From NCBI GenBank assembly GCA_015065265.1, contig SVQQ01000003.1:3454-67453 (forward strand): a stretch of 64,000 nt of DNA, in the 5' to 3' direction. Below the pieces are notes generated by a model that saw only the letters and a program-made list of their open reading frames with translations, did not search any database and was not told the DNA's origin. The position numbers and the translations under genes are program-made. The DNA is from Oscillospiraceae bacterium (lineage in GTDB: Bacteria; Bacillota; Clostridia; Oscillospirales; SIG627). Below, one piece after another: positions 8,739 to 18,253 of this stretch (its first letter is position 1; every line of letters starts with the position of its first letter).

Positions 8739-9861
8739 ATTTAAATGAATATGAATCGTTTAAAATCATTGCGCTGTAAAGGAAAAGTACGTCGGCGTCC
8801 TTGAATTCTTCTTCACTGATAAGTGCGCCTATAACGTGAGAGTAAACGTAGCGGATATCAACAAGAATGATTTCCGAGTACCCCTCGGTCATAAGAGGTG
8901 CAAGGCTTGAGGAGAAAGAGTCACGGAAGACGATAAGACGTTTTCCCGAAGTGTTCTCGGGGTTTACAATTCTGATAAGGTAAGAGGCACCCGACAAAAA
9001 CATTTCGTAAGGGTCTTTGGAGTTTAACTTTTCTTCATTGTACACCTTTTCGGGAATAATTGTCTCAAGTACTCCGTTTGTGCCCTCGTAGTTGTAAACT
9101 ACGGAATTTTCGATTGAGTCGGACGTGATATAAGTTATCTTATCGGGGGGAAGGGGGAGAGAAGACTGTCCGTAATAGACACCGTAAAAGTCCTTGTCAA
9201 GAGTTACCTCTTTGTAATTTTTAATCTTTTCAGCACCCATTTCGTCAAGTATCTTGTCTGCCACGTCCTTCACCTTTTCCTGACTCCAATGTGTGTCAGT
9301 CTTGTAGTAGTCTGTGTAGTCAAGGAGAGGTAAAATATCTATATACTTTGCGAAGTCAAGGTCCTCTTTTAACTTTTCCACAATTGCCTTGGCGTCAAGG
9401 TAAGGGTAATTTCCAAGAGGTGCGAGGGTATAAGACTTATCGGGAATTACCGAGAAGTACACCTTGTCACTCTTTTCCTTGACGTAGGTATCGTAGAGGT
9501 ACTTTATCTTTTTAACAGCGTTTTCAACCGACTCCACCTTTATCTCGGAGTCAAGTTTTGACGCGTACCCGTCGTGAATATAAATGTCGTTGTTATCTTT
9601 TTGGTTGAAAATATAGAACTTCGCTATCGCCTTAAGGGTACGCCAAGAGTCACGGGCAGGGAATTGGTCGGTAGCATAGTCCTCAAATTTTGAAGTAAAG
9701 TCACCTGAAAGTATGGTATCAATACTCAGTTCAGGGAACTGCGCAAGAGGTCGGCGTTCACTTAAAGAACTCTCGTCTGCAGGTTTTAAAATTGCCATAA
9801 CCGACAGAGAAAAAAGCATCACAATAAAAACAATAGATGAGATTATATATCTTTTTTTCAT
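8737..9861 (-). CDS. DHHW family protein (AlgJ/AlgX-like SGNH partner of MBOAT)
   Basis: N-terminal TM, SERRPLA, TDTHW and RDSFSS motifs. Directly downstream of the MBOAT gene. Confidence 0.8.
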   Translation of the reverse strand: MKKRYIISSIVFIVMLFSLSVMAILKPADESSLSERRPLAQFPELSIDTILSGDFTSKFEDYATDQFPARDSWRTLKAIAKFYIFNQKDNNDIYIHDGYASKLDSEIKVESVENAVKKIKYLYDTYVKEKSDKVYFSVIPDKSYTLAPLGNYPYLDAKAIVEKLKEDLDFAKYIDILPLLDYTDYYKTDTHWSQEKVKDVADKILDEMGAEKIKNYKEVTLDKDFYGVYYGQSSLPLPPDKITYITSDSIENSVVYNYEGTNGVLETIIPEKVYNEEKLNSKDPYEMFLSGASYLIRIVNPENTSGKRLIVFRDSFSSSLAPLMTEGYSEIILVDIRYVYSHVIGALISEEEFKDADVLFLYSAMILNDSYSFK

Positions 9862-9873
9862 AACGTCACCCCC

Positions 9874-11271
9874 TTAAAATCTGAAATACAGGAATGGGTT
9901 ATAAGACCCATCCACAAGGTAAGCAGTACATAACATAAAGAGCAAAACTGCCACAATGGGTTCAACAACTGCCAGAACTCCCGACATCTTCGAGTTTTCA
10001 AGTTTTGAGTGTAATAACTTCGGAAGAGGAGTTGCACCCACAATGCCGAGGATGAAAATCACAGCGTTACTTGACAGGTGATAAAGAGTTGTGTCGTTTA
10101 CAAACTCATATCCGCCTACCCCTATCATACCGAGTAAATCTTTACCTGCAGTCAGCATATCGGGGGCATTGAATATAACAAAGCCGATTGTTACAAAGAG
10201 CATTGTGTAAATATGAGCAAGGACGTCACTTTTAGTTATAATCTTCTTTATAAAGAACTTTTCCAAAATGAGAAGCAAGGCATAGAGAAGTCCCCAGAAA
10301 ACGAAGTTCCACGCCGCCCCATGCCAGAGTCCTGTCAGCATCCATACCACAAGTGTATTGAATAACCACCTTGTAACCTTAACTCTGTTACCGCCAAGGG
10401 GAATATACACGTAGTCTCTGAACCAAGAGCCAAGGGACATATGCCAACGTCTCCAGAATTCACTAATACTCTTTGAAATGTAAGGATAATTGAAGTTTTC
10501 AATAAAGTTAAAGCCGAAAATCTTGCCAAGACCTATTGCCATATCCGAATATCCCGAAAAGTCGAAATACACGTGTATCGCAAAAGCCAGAGCATAAACC
10601 CAGAAAAAGAGGGTAGACTTTTCACTCGTTTCTCTGAAAATATCACATACAGCGCCCATCTGATTTGCTATAAGTACCTTCTTTGAAAGACCCATAATGA
10701 AGCGTCTTGTGCCAAGATAAAATTTTTCAAAAGAGTGTTCACGCTTTTCAAGTTCACGACATACGTCAACGTATCTTACAATGGGCCCTGCAATAAGTTG
10801 AGGGAAGAGGGCAACGTAGGTTGCAAAGTTTATAATGTTTTTCTGATAAGGTACGTTTCCTCTGTAAACGTCGATAGTGTAACTGAGAATCTGGAACGTG
10901 TAGAAACTGATACCGATGGGAAGGGCAATTTTCAAAAGGGGAAGGGAAAGCCCTGTCACCGCATTGAAGTTATCTATAAAGAAGTCGGCGTATTTGAAAA
11001 AGCCAAGTATTACAACACTTGACACCACCGACAGAGTCAGCCAAATTTTCTTCCCCGTCTTTGACTTCGTCTTGTCTATTGCCATACCGATGAAAAATCC
11101 GAGCAGAATTGAAACTGCCATAAGGAATAAGTACAAAGGCTCACCCCAACCGTAGAAGACAAGGCTTGACAGAAGAAGGACTGTGTTTTTAAGTTTAAAT
11201 GGTACCAAAAAGTAAAGTAAAATTACAGTTGGCAAAAAATAAAAAAGGAAAGGTATTCCCGAAAAAAGCAT
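9874..11271 (-). CDS. MBOAT family O-acyltransferase (AlgI/DltB-like)
   Basis: LPIGISFYTFQ, FPQLIAGPIVR, DFSGYSDMAIG, FWRRWH and GLWHGA motifs. Confidence 0.95.
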   Translation of the reverse strand: MLFSGIPFLFYFLPTVILLYFLVPFKLKNTVLLLSSLVFYGWGEPLYLFLMAVSILLGFFIGMAIDKTKSKTGKKIWLTLSVVSSVVILGFFKYADFFIDNFNAVTGLSLPLLKIALPIGISFYTFQILSYTIDVYRGNVPYQKNIINFATYVALFPQLIAGPIVRYVDVCRELEKREHSFEKFYLGTRRFIMGLSKKVLIANQMGAVCDIFRETSEKSTLFFWVYALAFAIHVYFDFSGYSDMAIGLGKIFGFNFIENFNYPYISKSISEFWRRWHMSLGSWFRDYVYIPLGGNRVKVTRWLFNTLVVWMLTGLWHGAAWNFVFWGLLYALLLILEKFFIKKIITKSDVLAHIYTMLFVTIGFVIFNAPDMLTAGKDLLGMIGVGGYEFVNDTTLYHLSSNAVIFILGIVGATPLPKLLHSKLENSKMSGVLAVVEPIVAVLLFMLCTAYLVDGSYNPFLYFRF

Positions 11272-11285
11272 TTATTCACCGCCTT

Positions 11286-11325
11286 AAAAAAAGGCTGTCA
11301 ACCGTCTGCGGTTTGACAGCCCTTT
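11286..11325 (-). terminator. internal terminator-like hairpin just upstream of the MBOAT RBS
   Basis: GGCTGTCAA..TTGACAGCC followed by T7 on the minus strand. Confidence 0.7.
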
Positions 11326-11336
11326 ATTTAAAATTA

Positions 11337-11914
11337 TTACTTCTTTGTCGCTTCGTAGTCGATAGCGCCTACAACTTCTACAAATGCATCAACAAAACCG
11401 TTGATATCGATTTCCATTTGAGAGTCAATCATAATGAGCATAACTGTGTTACCTGAAACAACAGTTCTGATAAGGTCGGCTTCAACGCACATCCATTTTC
11501 TCTGGTCGATGCCGTTAATCATAGCGTCTGCAACTGCATTTACGTCTTCGCCTTCTTTAACACTTACAAGAACAAGAGAGTAAGCCTGTGAGCCAATCAT
11601 AGATTCAGAAACGTTAACCGCACTGATTTTTGAAGAATCTGTAAGTAAGCGAATGACTCGTCGTTTATCATTTCAGCGGGAACGTCCCCTGCCATAAAGG
11701 GAACAGGGCTCTTTTCATAAATTCCTGCTGTTGCCGCCTGAAGTTCTTCAAGAGTGAGAACGGTAGCGGTGGTTTTGTCATTGTTTTCTGTGTTGTTTTC
11801 ACCGTTGTTTTCAACGATGTCGTTGTTGTTTTCTTCCACAACGTCTTTTGCGCAAGAAACAAGGAGTACTGATGCTACAAGTACAAGTGAGAGAGCGATA
11901 ATAATTTTTTTCAT
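11337..11914 (-). pseudogene. lipoprotein gene split by a frameshift near 11643
   Basis: ORF 11597-11914 has a lipobox (LLVSC). The second frame reads TDSSKISAVNVSESMIGSQAYSLVLV...DQRKWMCVEAD from ~11643 and has no RBS of its own. Confidence 0.7.
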
Positions 11915-11941
11915 GTTTTTTTCCTTTCGGTTGTTTATTTT

Positions 11942-12487
11942 TTATTTCTCTGACAAAATTATACTGTTTCTTTTGTCATCTTTGGAAATACTGTAACAAA
12001 TGAGTTCTTTTTCCTTTTCTATTATAAGGTTATATTCTTGAAGATAAAAGTCTCCTTCTGCCACCCAGACAAGAGAAGTGTCTTTGTCAATTTCAATTTC
12101 CTGAGTGATTATTTCACTATCAGGCAAGGCAAGAAAACCGTTTGTAACGGATACCTTAACCTTCTTGTCGGTCTTGATTTCAAGGGGAATGTTAACGCTT
12201 GACGCGGTGGATAAAGTCATAACTCTGGCGTTTGTGTTTGGAACTTCACCGAGGACTAGCCCCTTTGACGTAACTTTATTCCCGTCAAAATAAAGAGAAG
12301 TGTTATTCATAGGCAAAAACAAGAATACAATCACAACAAGTGCAAGACACGCCGCAAGAGCATAAAAAGAGCGTACTGTGGCAAGGTTTTTACTTCTGCT
12401 TCTTTCTCTTTCAGTCTCTATCCTCACCTTTAATGACTCTGGTGCTTTAATAGATAAATATGCTTCAATTTCTTTTTTGTCAGTCAC
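11942..12487 (-). CDS. putative anti-sigma factor-like membrane protein
   Basis: GTG start after AGGAGG. Short cytoplasmic N-terminus, one TM (FYALAACLALVVIVFLFL). Directly downstream of the ECF sigma gene. Confidence 0.6.
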   Translation of the reverse strand: MTDKKEIEAYLSIKAPESLKVRIETERERSRSKNLATVRSFYALAACLALVVIVFLFLPMNNTSLYFDGNKVTSKGLVLGEVPNTNARVMTLSTASSVNIPLEIKTDKKVKVSVTNGFLALPDSEIITQEIEIDKDTSLVWVAEGDFYLQEYNLIIEKEKELICYSISKDDKRNSIILSEK

Positions 12488-12517
12488 AGGGCAACACCTC
12501 CTTAAAGTGCGTGACTA

Positions 12518-12991
12518 TCAGTCACCTGAAAACTCGCTTTTCAGTTTTTCCCGTGCCCTCTTTAATCGCATTTTGACCGCTGAAACCGATATTCTCATAA
12601 TTCTGGCTGTTTCTTCAACGCTATATCCTTCATAATAGTGAAGCAGTATGGGAGTCTTGTAGGTGTCCTCTAAATTGAACACACTTTCGGTAAACTCGCC
12701 TACACCCGATTCCACCGCAATCTCGTGGGCTTCATCAAGTGGCGAGTGACTTCTCACCTTTCTCTTCCTTCTCATATCGTGACAATGATTTATAGTCACC
12801 CTGATGAACCAGGCCTTTTCGTGTTCTTCACCGAAAAAGTGAAAAGGAGAATTGATGTACTTAACAAATACGTCGTGTACCGCATCCTCTGCATCCTCTT
12901 TATTCAGAAGATGAGACAGAGCAAGTCTGTAAAGAGTATCACAGTACTTCGAGTATATATGTTCAAACTGCTCCGCAGGGGAACTCTTCAT
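12518..12991 (-). CDS. ECF RNA polymerase sigma factor
   Basis: DAEDAVHDVF, KAWFIRVTINHC, LHYYEGYSVEETA and SAVKMRLKRAR (regions 2 and 4). Confidence 0.93.
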   Translation of the reverse strand: MKSSPAEQFEHIYSKYCDTLYRLALSHLLNKEDAEDAVHDVFVKYINSPFHFFGEEHEKAWFIRVTINHCHDMRRKRKVRSHSPLDEAHEIAVESGVGEFTESVFNLEDTYKTPILLHYYEGYSVEETARIMRISVSAVKMRLKRAREKLKSEFSGD

Positions 12992-13010
12992 TTGTACCTC
13001 CTATCATGAA

Positions 13011-13037
13011 CACGTATGAGAGTATCACAAGGTCACA
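13011..13037 (-). promoter_or_regulatory. candidate ECF-type autoregulatory promoter
   Basis: Minus strand TGTGAC-17 nt-CGTG, resembling the general ECF -35/-10 layout, about 20 nt upstream of the sigma start. Confidence 0.4.
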
Positions 13038-13128
13038 TCTTTTTTTAAAAAAATAAAAAATTTCTTTTTCTAATTTTATCATATAGATCCATATTTTGCA
13101 ATAGTCGAAAATATTTCCACTATATCGC

Positions 13129-13157
13129 TTGAAAATTTGAAATTTTTGTGTTAAACT
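13129..13157 (+). promoter_or_regulatory. sigmaA promoter of copA-copZ
   Basis: TTGAAA-17-TAAACT with a TGn extension. Confidence 0.55.
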
Positions 13158-13192
13158 GATGTTAGTCTTAACAAACATTGTAAGGAGAAGGT

Positions 13193-15424
13193 ATGAAAAA
13201 AGTTTTTATTGTTGAATCAATGAGTTGCTCTGCCTGTTCCGCCTCGGTGGAACGTGCCGTCTTACGCATTGACGGTGTAAATAGCGCCTCGGTGAACCTT
13301 CTATCCAAAACCTTACTCTGCGAATTTGATGAGAAAAAGATAGACTCTTCACATATAATAGGTGCTGTTGAAAAGGCAGGTTTTTCGGCAAGTGAAGTTA
13401 CAGACAATAAAAAGGAAGATAAAAAAGAGACTACCAAGGAAAGCGACCTTCCAAAAGAGAAGACGAGACTAATTGTTTCTGGAATATTCCTTGCCCTTCT
13501 CATGTACGTCTCAATGGGGCATATGCTCTCTTTACCCGAAGTGCCTTTCTTCAAAGGTTCAGAAATGTCCCTTGTCTTCGCCTTTACTCAGTTTCTTTTG
13601 TGTTTGCCTATAGTTTTTGTCAATCGCAAGTTCTTTTATTCAGGCTTTCGTGCTATAAAAAACAAAGCACCCAATATGGATACTCTCGTGTCCATCGGGT
13701 CACTTGCAGGACTTATTTACGGAGTTTTTGCAATATATATGATAGGCTACGCCCTTGGAAAAGGGGATATGGCACTTTGTGACACCTACCGCCATAACCT
13801 CTACTTCGAGTCCTCGGGTATGATACTCACCCTTGTCACCGTCGGTAAGTTTTTTGAAGAGAAATCAAAGAACAAAACAGGTGACGCCCTGAATTCCCTT
13901 AAAAATCTCTGCCCCGAAAAAGTTATCGTTGAAAGAGAGGGAAAAGAGATAGAAGTGACACCCGACGAGGTCAAAAAAGGTGATATCGTAGTTCTCCGTC
14001 CTGGTTCAAGAGTTGCCTTCGACGGAATTATTGTTGAAGGAGAAGGCACCTTCGATACGTCAAGCCTTACAGGAGAGAGTATGCCCGTCTATAAGTCGGT
14101 AGGAGACGAAATTCTGTCTTCCACATTACTTCTCGACTCCACCGTTAAATTCAGAGCCACAAGCGTAGGGAATGAAACCACCCTTTCACAGATTATAAGC
14201 CTTGTGGAAAGGGCAGGTGCAACCAAAGCCCCTGTGGCGAAATTCGCCGATAAAATCAGTAGAATTTTTGTACCAACAGTTATTTCACTTTCTCTAATCA
14301 CCCTTACCCTCTGGCTTATAATGGATAAGAGTTTTGAATTTGCACTTTCTCGCGCCCTGTCAGTCCTTGTCATTTCCTGTCCCTGTGCTCTGGGACTTGC
14401 AACCCCCGTTGCAATTACTGTGTCAATAGGCACTCTTGCAAAAGAGGGAATTCTTGTAAAAGAAGCCTCCTTTGCCCAGCGTTGCGCAGACGTGAAAACT
14501 GTAGTTTTCGATAAAACAGGTACCGTTACAAAAGGGGAGATGACAGTTACCGATATAAGTTTTAATGGTGATAAAAATGAATTTCTCTCTCTTATTCACG
14601 GACTTGAAAAGAATAGTGAACACCTACTTGCAAAGGCAGCGGTGAACTTCGCAAAAGATGTAAAGCCTCTTGAAATAAAAGACTTTGTGGCAGTTTCAGG
14701 AAGAGGTGTTAAAGGGAAGGCTGAGGACGTAAAGTGCCTTGGCGGAAACCTTGCCTTTATGAAAGAAAATAAAATTGACACTGCCCCTTTTGAAAAAGAT
14801 GCAGAACGTTATTTTAGTCAAGGTAAAACGGTAATGTACTTTTCAAAGGGAAATGAATGTCAAGGCATTGTGGCTATAAGCGACGCTCTAAAAGAGGGAG
14901 CCGAGGAAACTGTGGCGGGACTTAAAAAGCTTGGTATAAAAACAGTCCTTCTCACAGGCGACAACAAAAAGAGCGCTCAAAGTGTAGCCGATATAATAGG
15001 CGTTGACGAAGTGATTTCAGAAGTTCTACCCGCCGATAAAGAAAACTGTGTTAAAAAATATAAAAAGCATGGCAAAGTTGCTATGGTAGGAGACGGAATA
15101 AACGACAGTCCCTCACTTGCCTCGGCAGATATCGGAATTGCCATTGGCACAGGTACTGATATCGCCATTGACGCCTCTGACGTGGTTCTTATGGGAAGTG
15201 ATATAAAGAGTGTTCTGCGCATCGTTACCTATTCAAAGGCGACCCTTAGGATAATTAAACAAAATCTCTTTTGGGCGTTCTTCTATAACGTTCTGGGTAT
15301 CCCCCTTGCCGCAGGTGCCTTCTATCCAATGGGCATTTTACTAAACCCAATGATAGGGGCTGCCGCTATGAGTTTTAGTTCAATTTTCGTCGTAACAAAC
15401 GCACTTAGACTAATGAGAAAATAA
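13193..15424 (+). CDS. copA: heavy-metal (Cu+) translocating P1B-type ATPase
   Basis: N-terminal CSAC metal-binding domain, TGES, CPCALGLATP, DKTGT and GDGIND motifs. Confidence 0.93.
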   Translation: MKKVFIVESMSCSACSASVERAVLRIDGVNSASVNLLSKTLLCEFDEKKIDSSHIIGAVEKAGFSASEVTDNKKEDKKETTKESDLPKEKTRLIVSGIFLALLMYVSMGHMLSLPEVPFFKGSEMSLVFAFTQFLLCLPIVFVNRKFFYSGFRAIKNKAPNMDTLVSIGSLAGLIYGVFAIYMIGYALGKGDMALCDTYRHNLYFESSGMILTLVTVGKFFEEKSKNKTGDALNSLKNLCPEKVIVEREGKEIEVTPDEVKKGDIVVLRPGSRVAFDGIIVEGEGTFDTSSLTGESMPVYKSVGDEILSSTLLLDSTVKFRATSVGNETTLSQIISLVERAGATKAPVAKFADKISRIFVPTVISLSLITLTLWLIMDKSFEFALSRALSVLVISCPCALGLATPVAITVSIGTLAKEGILVKEASFAQRCADVKTVVFDKTGTVTKGEMTVTDISFNGDKNEFLSLIHGLEKNSEHLLAKAAVNFAKDVKPLEIKDFVAVSGRGVKGKAEDVKCLGGNLAFMKENKIDTAPFEKDAERYFSQGKTVMYFSKGNECQGIVAISDALKEGAEETVAGLKKLGIKTVLLTGDNKKSAQSVADIIGVDEVISEVLPADKENCVKKYKKHGKVAMVGDGINDSPSLASADIGIAIGTGTDIAIDASDVVLMGSDIKSVLRIVTYSKATLRIIKQNLFWAFFYNVLGIPLAAGAFYPMGILLNPMIGAAAMSFSSIFVVTNALRLMRK

Positions 15425-15439
15425 AAAGGAGAAAAGAAA

Positions 15440-15631
15440 ATGGAAAAGATATTTACAGTTGAAGGAATGCATTGTAGCCACTGCTCTTCAAGAGTTATAA
15501 AAGCCCTTGAAGAAATGGGACTCGGGGTAGAAGTTAGTCTCGAAAAAGGCGAGGTTCGGGTTACAGGGGAAAACATAAAGGACTCAGACGTGAAAAACGC
15601 CATCGAAGATTTAGGCTTTATAGTTAAATAA
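15440..15631 (+). CDS. copZ: HMA-domain copper chaperone
   Basis: 63 aa with GMHCSHC. Confidence 0.85.
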   Translation: MEKIFTVEGMHCSHCSSRVIKALEEMGLGVEVSLEKGEVRVTGENIKDSDVKNAIEDLGFIVK

Positions 15632-15680
15632 AAAAGAAAGACTGTTTAAACTGCAAAGCGGTTTAAACAGTCTTTTTTTA
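15632..15680. terminator. bidirectional terminator
   Basis: AAAGACTGTTTAAAC..GTTTAAACAGTCTTT. Confidence 0.85.
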
Positions 15681-17345
15681 GTTCTTAACTATCGTCCACA
15701 AGTCGTCCTTGTTCTTTGGAAGGTATCCGTGAGAAGAGTTTTGTAAGAAACGAATTTCCTTTTCACAGGACATATTGTTGTATGCGGCGCATATTCCCGA
15801 TGCAACACAAATTTCATCCCCCAAAGCGCATCTTCCGATAAGGGTAGGAATACGAATAAACTTTGAGTGATGCGCGGCGTCAAAGTACTCGCAGTTTTCT
15901 GCCCATCTGATACCAAATCTGTTTCTGATGCGTCCCAATTTCTGCCCTGCATAGTCGCACAAAGCAGGAACGGTAACCTCACATTTGGCGCTTTTTATCT
16001 CTTCGTCAAGGAAGTTCAACACCGATGAAAGTGTAAGCGACTGAAATCCTCCAAGACTTCCGCCGATGATGGTAACGTCCCCGTTCCAAAGCCTTACAAT
16101 TTCCGGAAAATCTTTCAAAAGGTCGGAATTTGTGAAAAATCTGAGCATCTGGAAGTTACGAAGTATAATGTAAAGGGAATAGCAGTCACCCTTATCGTCG
16201 AACTTTCCGTTAGGGTGGTCAGTACCTCTGGAGTACCTACCTAAAATACCAGTTCCGTTAAGTTTTTGATAGAATTCCTCGTAACCAAGGTCACAGGGAT
16301 ATCCGTGATGGGTCGCATGTACGGCAATGGCATCGTCGTTAAAGAATGGTGTGGGCGCCGCCGCACCGTAGCCGTCAAAGTAAACCCTTATAGGAAGTGT
16401 GTGACTTTCTTTACCCTTAGGATATGACACGTACCCTGTAGCAGGGCAGGGACCCAAGGATTTAAGAGAATAGTCGAAAAGTTCAAACTTGTCCAGCTCT
16501 TCATCAGGTGACCTTGTGATTTTTTTTAGTCTCAACTTTTCAAGGTCTGACTTTTCGATTTTCTTTATGTGATAGTAGTTGGTTTCGGGGATGTTTCCGT
16601 CATAGATTATCGAGCCCACGTATCCGTCAGAGGTGGTGTCAATAGGGGAAACTTTCTTCTGCTTTTCGCATTGTTCTTTCCAGAATTCCTCGAAATCTTC
16701 GGGAGTATCAACAGAAGTTGAAATTTTCTCAAAATCAAAGAGAGCACCCGATATACTCTTGTCCGAGCCCATTATCTGTTCTTTGTTCTCGTCACAGGCA
16801 ACAAGTACCGCCTTAACTGCGCCGGGACGTGTACAGGTTATGGAAAACTCTAAGGAAGAAGTGTTTTCCACCTCCCCTTGAAGTTCCCCTCCGTCCTCGG
16901 AAAAGACTGAATATGTAATAAAAGGAACCTTTTCAGGTGTATCTGTTGCAGCATTTAAAACAGTGGCTTTAAAGTATGCTATCTCTCCCGCCCTAAAAGA
17001 AATAGGGGGTACAGGAACGAGGTTTTCACCCTCTTTTTTGAAGGTCTCGATATTAAAGTAAAGCCCGTCGGGATGGTCGAGGTTATTAAGCTCCGAAAGT
17101 CCAAGAGTAATATCAACACCGTGAACGTTACTGAAATTTCTGAAAAAGGTTTCAATTGCCACAATAAGATTCATTCCCGAGCCGTCGGGAACAATAAAGT
17201 TTTCAAGTTCACGTCTGTACTCTTCGTCTCTTTCAGACCTTTTGAGAATGGTAAAGAGAATGTTCTGCTTTGATGTCAGTGCAGAGAGTTCTGGCGAATT
17301 TGTAATTGTTGTAAACAGTTTGTAATCACGTTCAACTCTTGTCAT
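15678..17345 (-). CDS. alpha/beta-hydrolase, acetylxylan esterase (CE7/AXE1)-like, with a long N-terminal extension
   Basis: PEDFEEFW, FDGYG, GGSLGG nucleophile elbow, DEICVAS and a C-terminal SHG. Confidence 0.7.
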   Translation of the reverse strand: MTRVERDYKLFTTITNSPELSALTSKQNILFTILKRSERDEEYRRELENFIVPDGSGMNLIVAIETFFRNFSNVHGVDITLGLSELNNLDHPDGLYFNIETFKKEGENLVPVPPISFRAGEIAYFKATVLNAATDTPEKVPFITYSVFSEDGGELQGEVENTSSLEFSITCTRPGAVKAVLVACDENKEQIMGSDKSISGALFDFEKISTSVDTPEDFEEFWKEQCEKQKKVSPIDTTSDGYVGSIIYDGNIPETNYYHIKKIEKSDLEKLRLKKITRSPDEELDKFELFDYSLKSLGPCPATGYVSYPKGKESHTLPIRVYFDGYGAAAPTPFFNDDAIAVHATHHGYPCDLGYEEFYQKLNGTGILGRYSRGTDHPNGKFDDKGDCYSLYIILRNFQMLRFFTNSDLLKDFPEIVRLWNGDVTIIGGSLGGFQSLTLSSVLNFLDEEIKSAKCEVTVPALCDYAGQKLGRIRNRFGIRWAENCEYFDAAHHSKFIRIPTLIGRCALGDEICVASGICAAYNNMSCEKEIRFLQNSSHGYLPKNKDDLWTIVKN

Positions 17346-17355
17346 ATTTTTTCTC

Positions 17356-18234
17356 CTACATATAGTGCTTCATTGTCTTTTCTATCCAATATTCAAAACG
17401 GGTATTCGGACACAGATGTTCAAGGGCTTTGAACTTCTCGAACATCTCAACTCCGTCCGAGGGGTCGTGCCATGTGTCTGCATAAATATAGTCGAAGTTT
17501 TCCTTTGGGGCTACTTCTTTTGCATACTCAAAAGCGTCGGCGCAAACTACCTTCACCTTTTCTTTATTAGGAAACTGAGGAAGAATATATCTCTTGAAAA
17601 TGTCGATTACCACAGGGTCTTTTTCCACCACCGTCACACTTTCAACCTCGTCCATAATTGAGGTCATATAAGGGAAATAGCCAAGCCCCAGTCCATAGGT
17701 GGCAACCTTGCCCTTTGCAATCTTTATTGCATCCCTCATGGTTTCCACTTCGTTTGGAGTCACAAGCATCCACTCAACCGAGTTTTCGAAAATAACGGGG
17801 TAGGGAAATTCGGTGTCGAAAAAAGCCACTTGAGGAATTATTCTTCCGTCATCAAATTCCTTTAAATCGTCAAAGGGTATAAGTTCGTAAGGCTTAATTG
17901 TCGCCTCTCGAAACTCCCAATTTCCCTCTTTTACGGGAGTAACCTTTATGTTCTTGTAGTAAGGGTCACAGTCGTAGTCCTCTTTTTTTATATAGTGTAT
18001 CATTTCGGGAAAATAATTTTCAAACATTTCACGGTCCTCTTCGTCCTCGTCAATGTTCATATAACATGCCGAGGCAAGTACCAGAGAGAAAGCATATTTT
18101 CTGTCAACTCCGCACTCATCTACAAGTTCATCTATAATTTCAGATGTAATAAAATCTGAATTAAAGTTCATAAATGCACTTATACGTGAAATTATTTCAT
18201 TGTTGTACTTTTTTATTTTCTCAGGGGTCAACAT
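17356..18234 (-). CDS. SAM-dependent methyltransferase / spermidine synthase-like protein
   Basis: GLGLGY motif I, VTVVEKD, VCADAF and YIYADTW. Confidence 0.65.
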   Translation of the reverse strand: MLTPEKIKKYNNEIISRISAFMNFNSDFITSEIIDELVDECGVDRKYAFSLVLASACYMNIDEDEEDREMFENYFPEMIHYIKKEDYDCDPYYKNIKVTPVKEGNWEFREATIKPYELIPFDDLKEFDDGRIIPQVAFFDTEFPYPVIFENSVEWMLVTPNEVETMRDAIKIAKGKVATYGLGLGYFPYMTSIMDEVESVTVVEKDPVVIDIFKRYILPQFPNKEKVKVVCADAFEYAKEVAPKENFDYIYADTWHDPSDGVEMFEKFKALEHLCPNTRFEYWIEKTMKHYM

Positions 18235-18253
18235 AAAGGATTTTTCTCCACGT

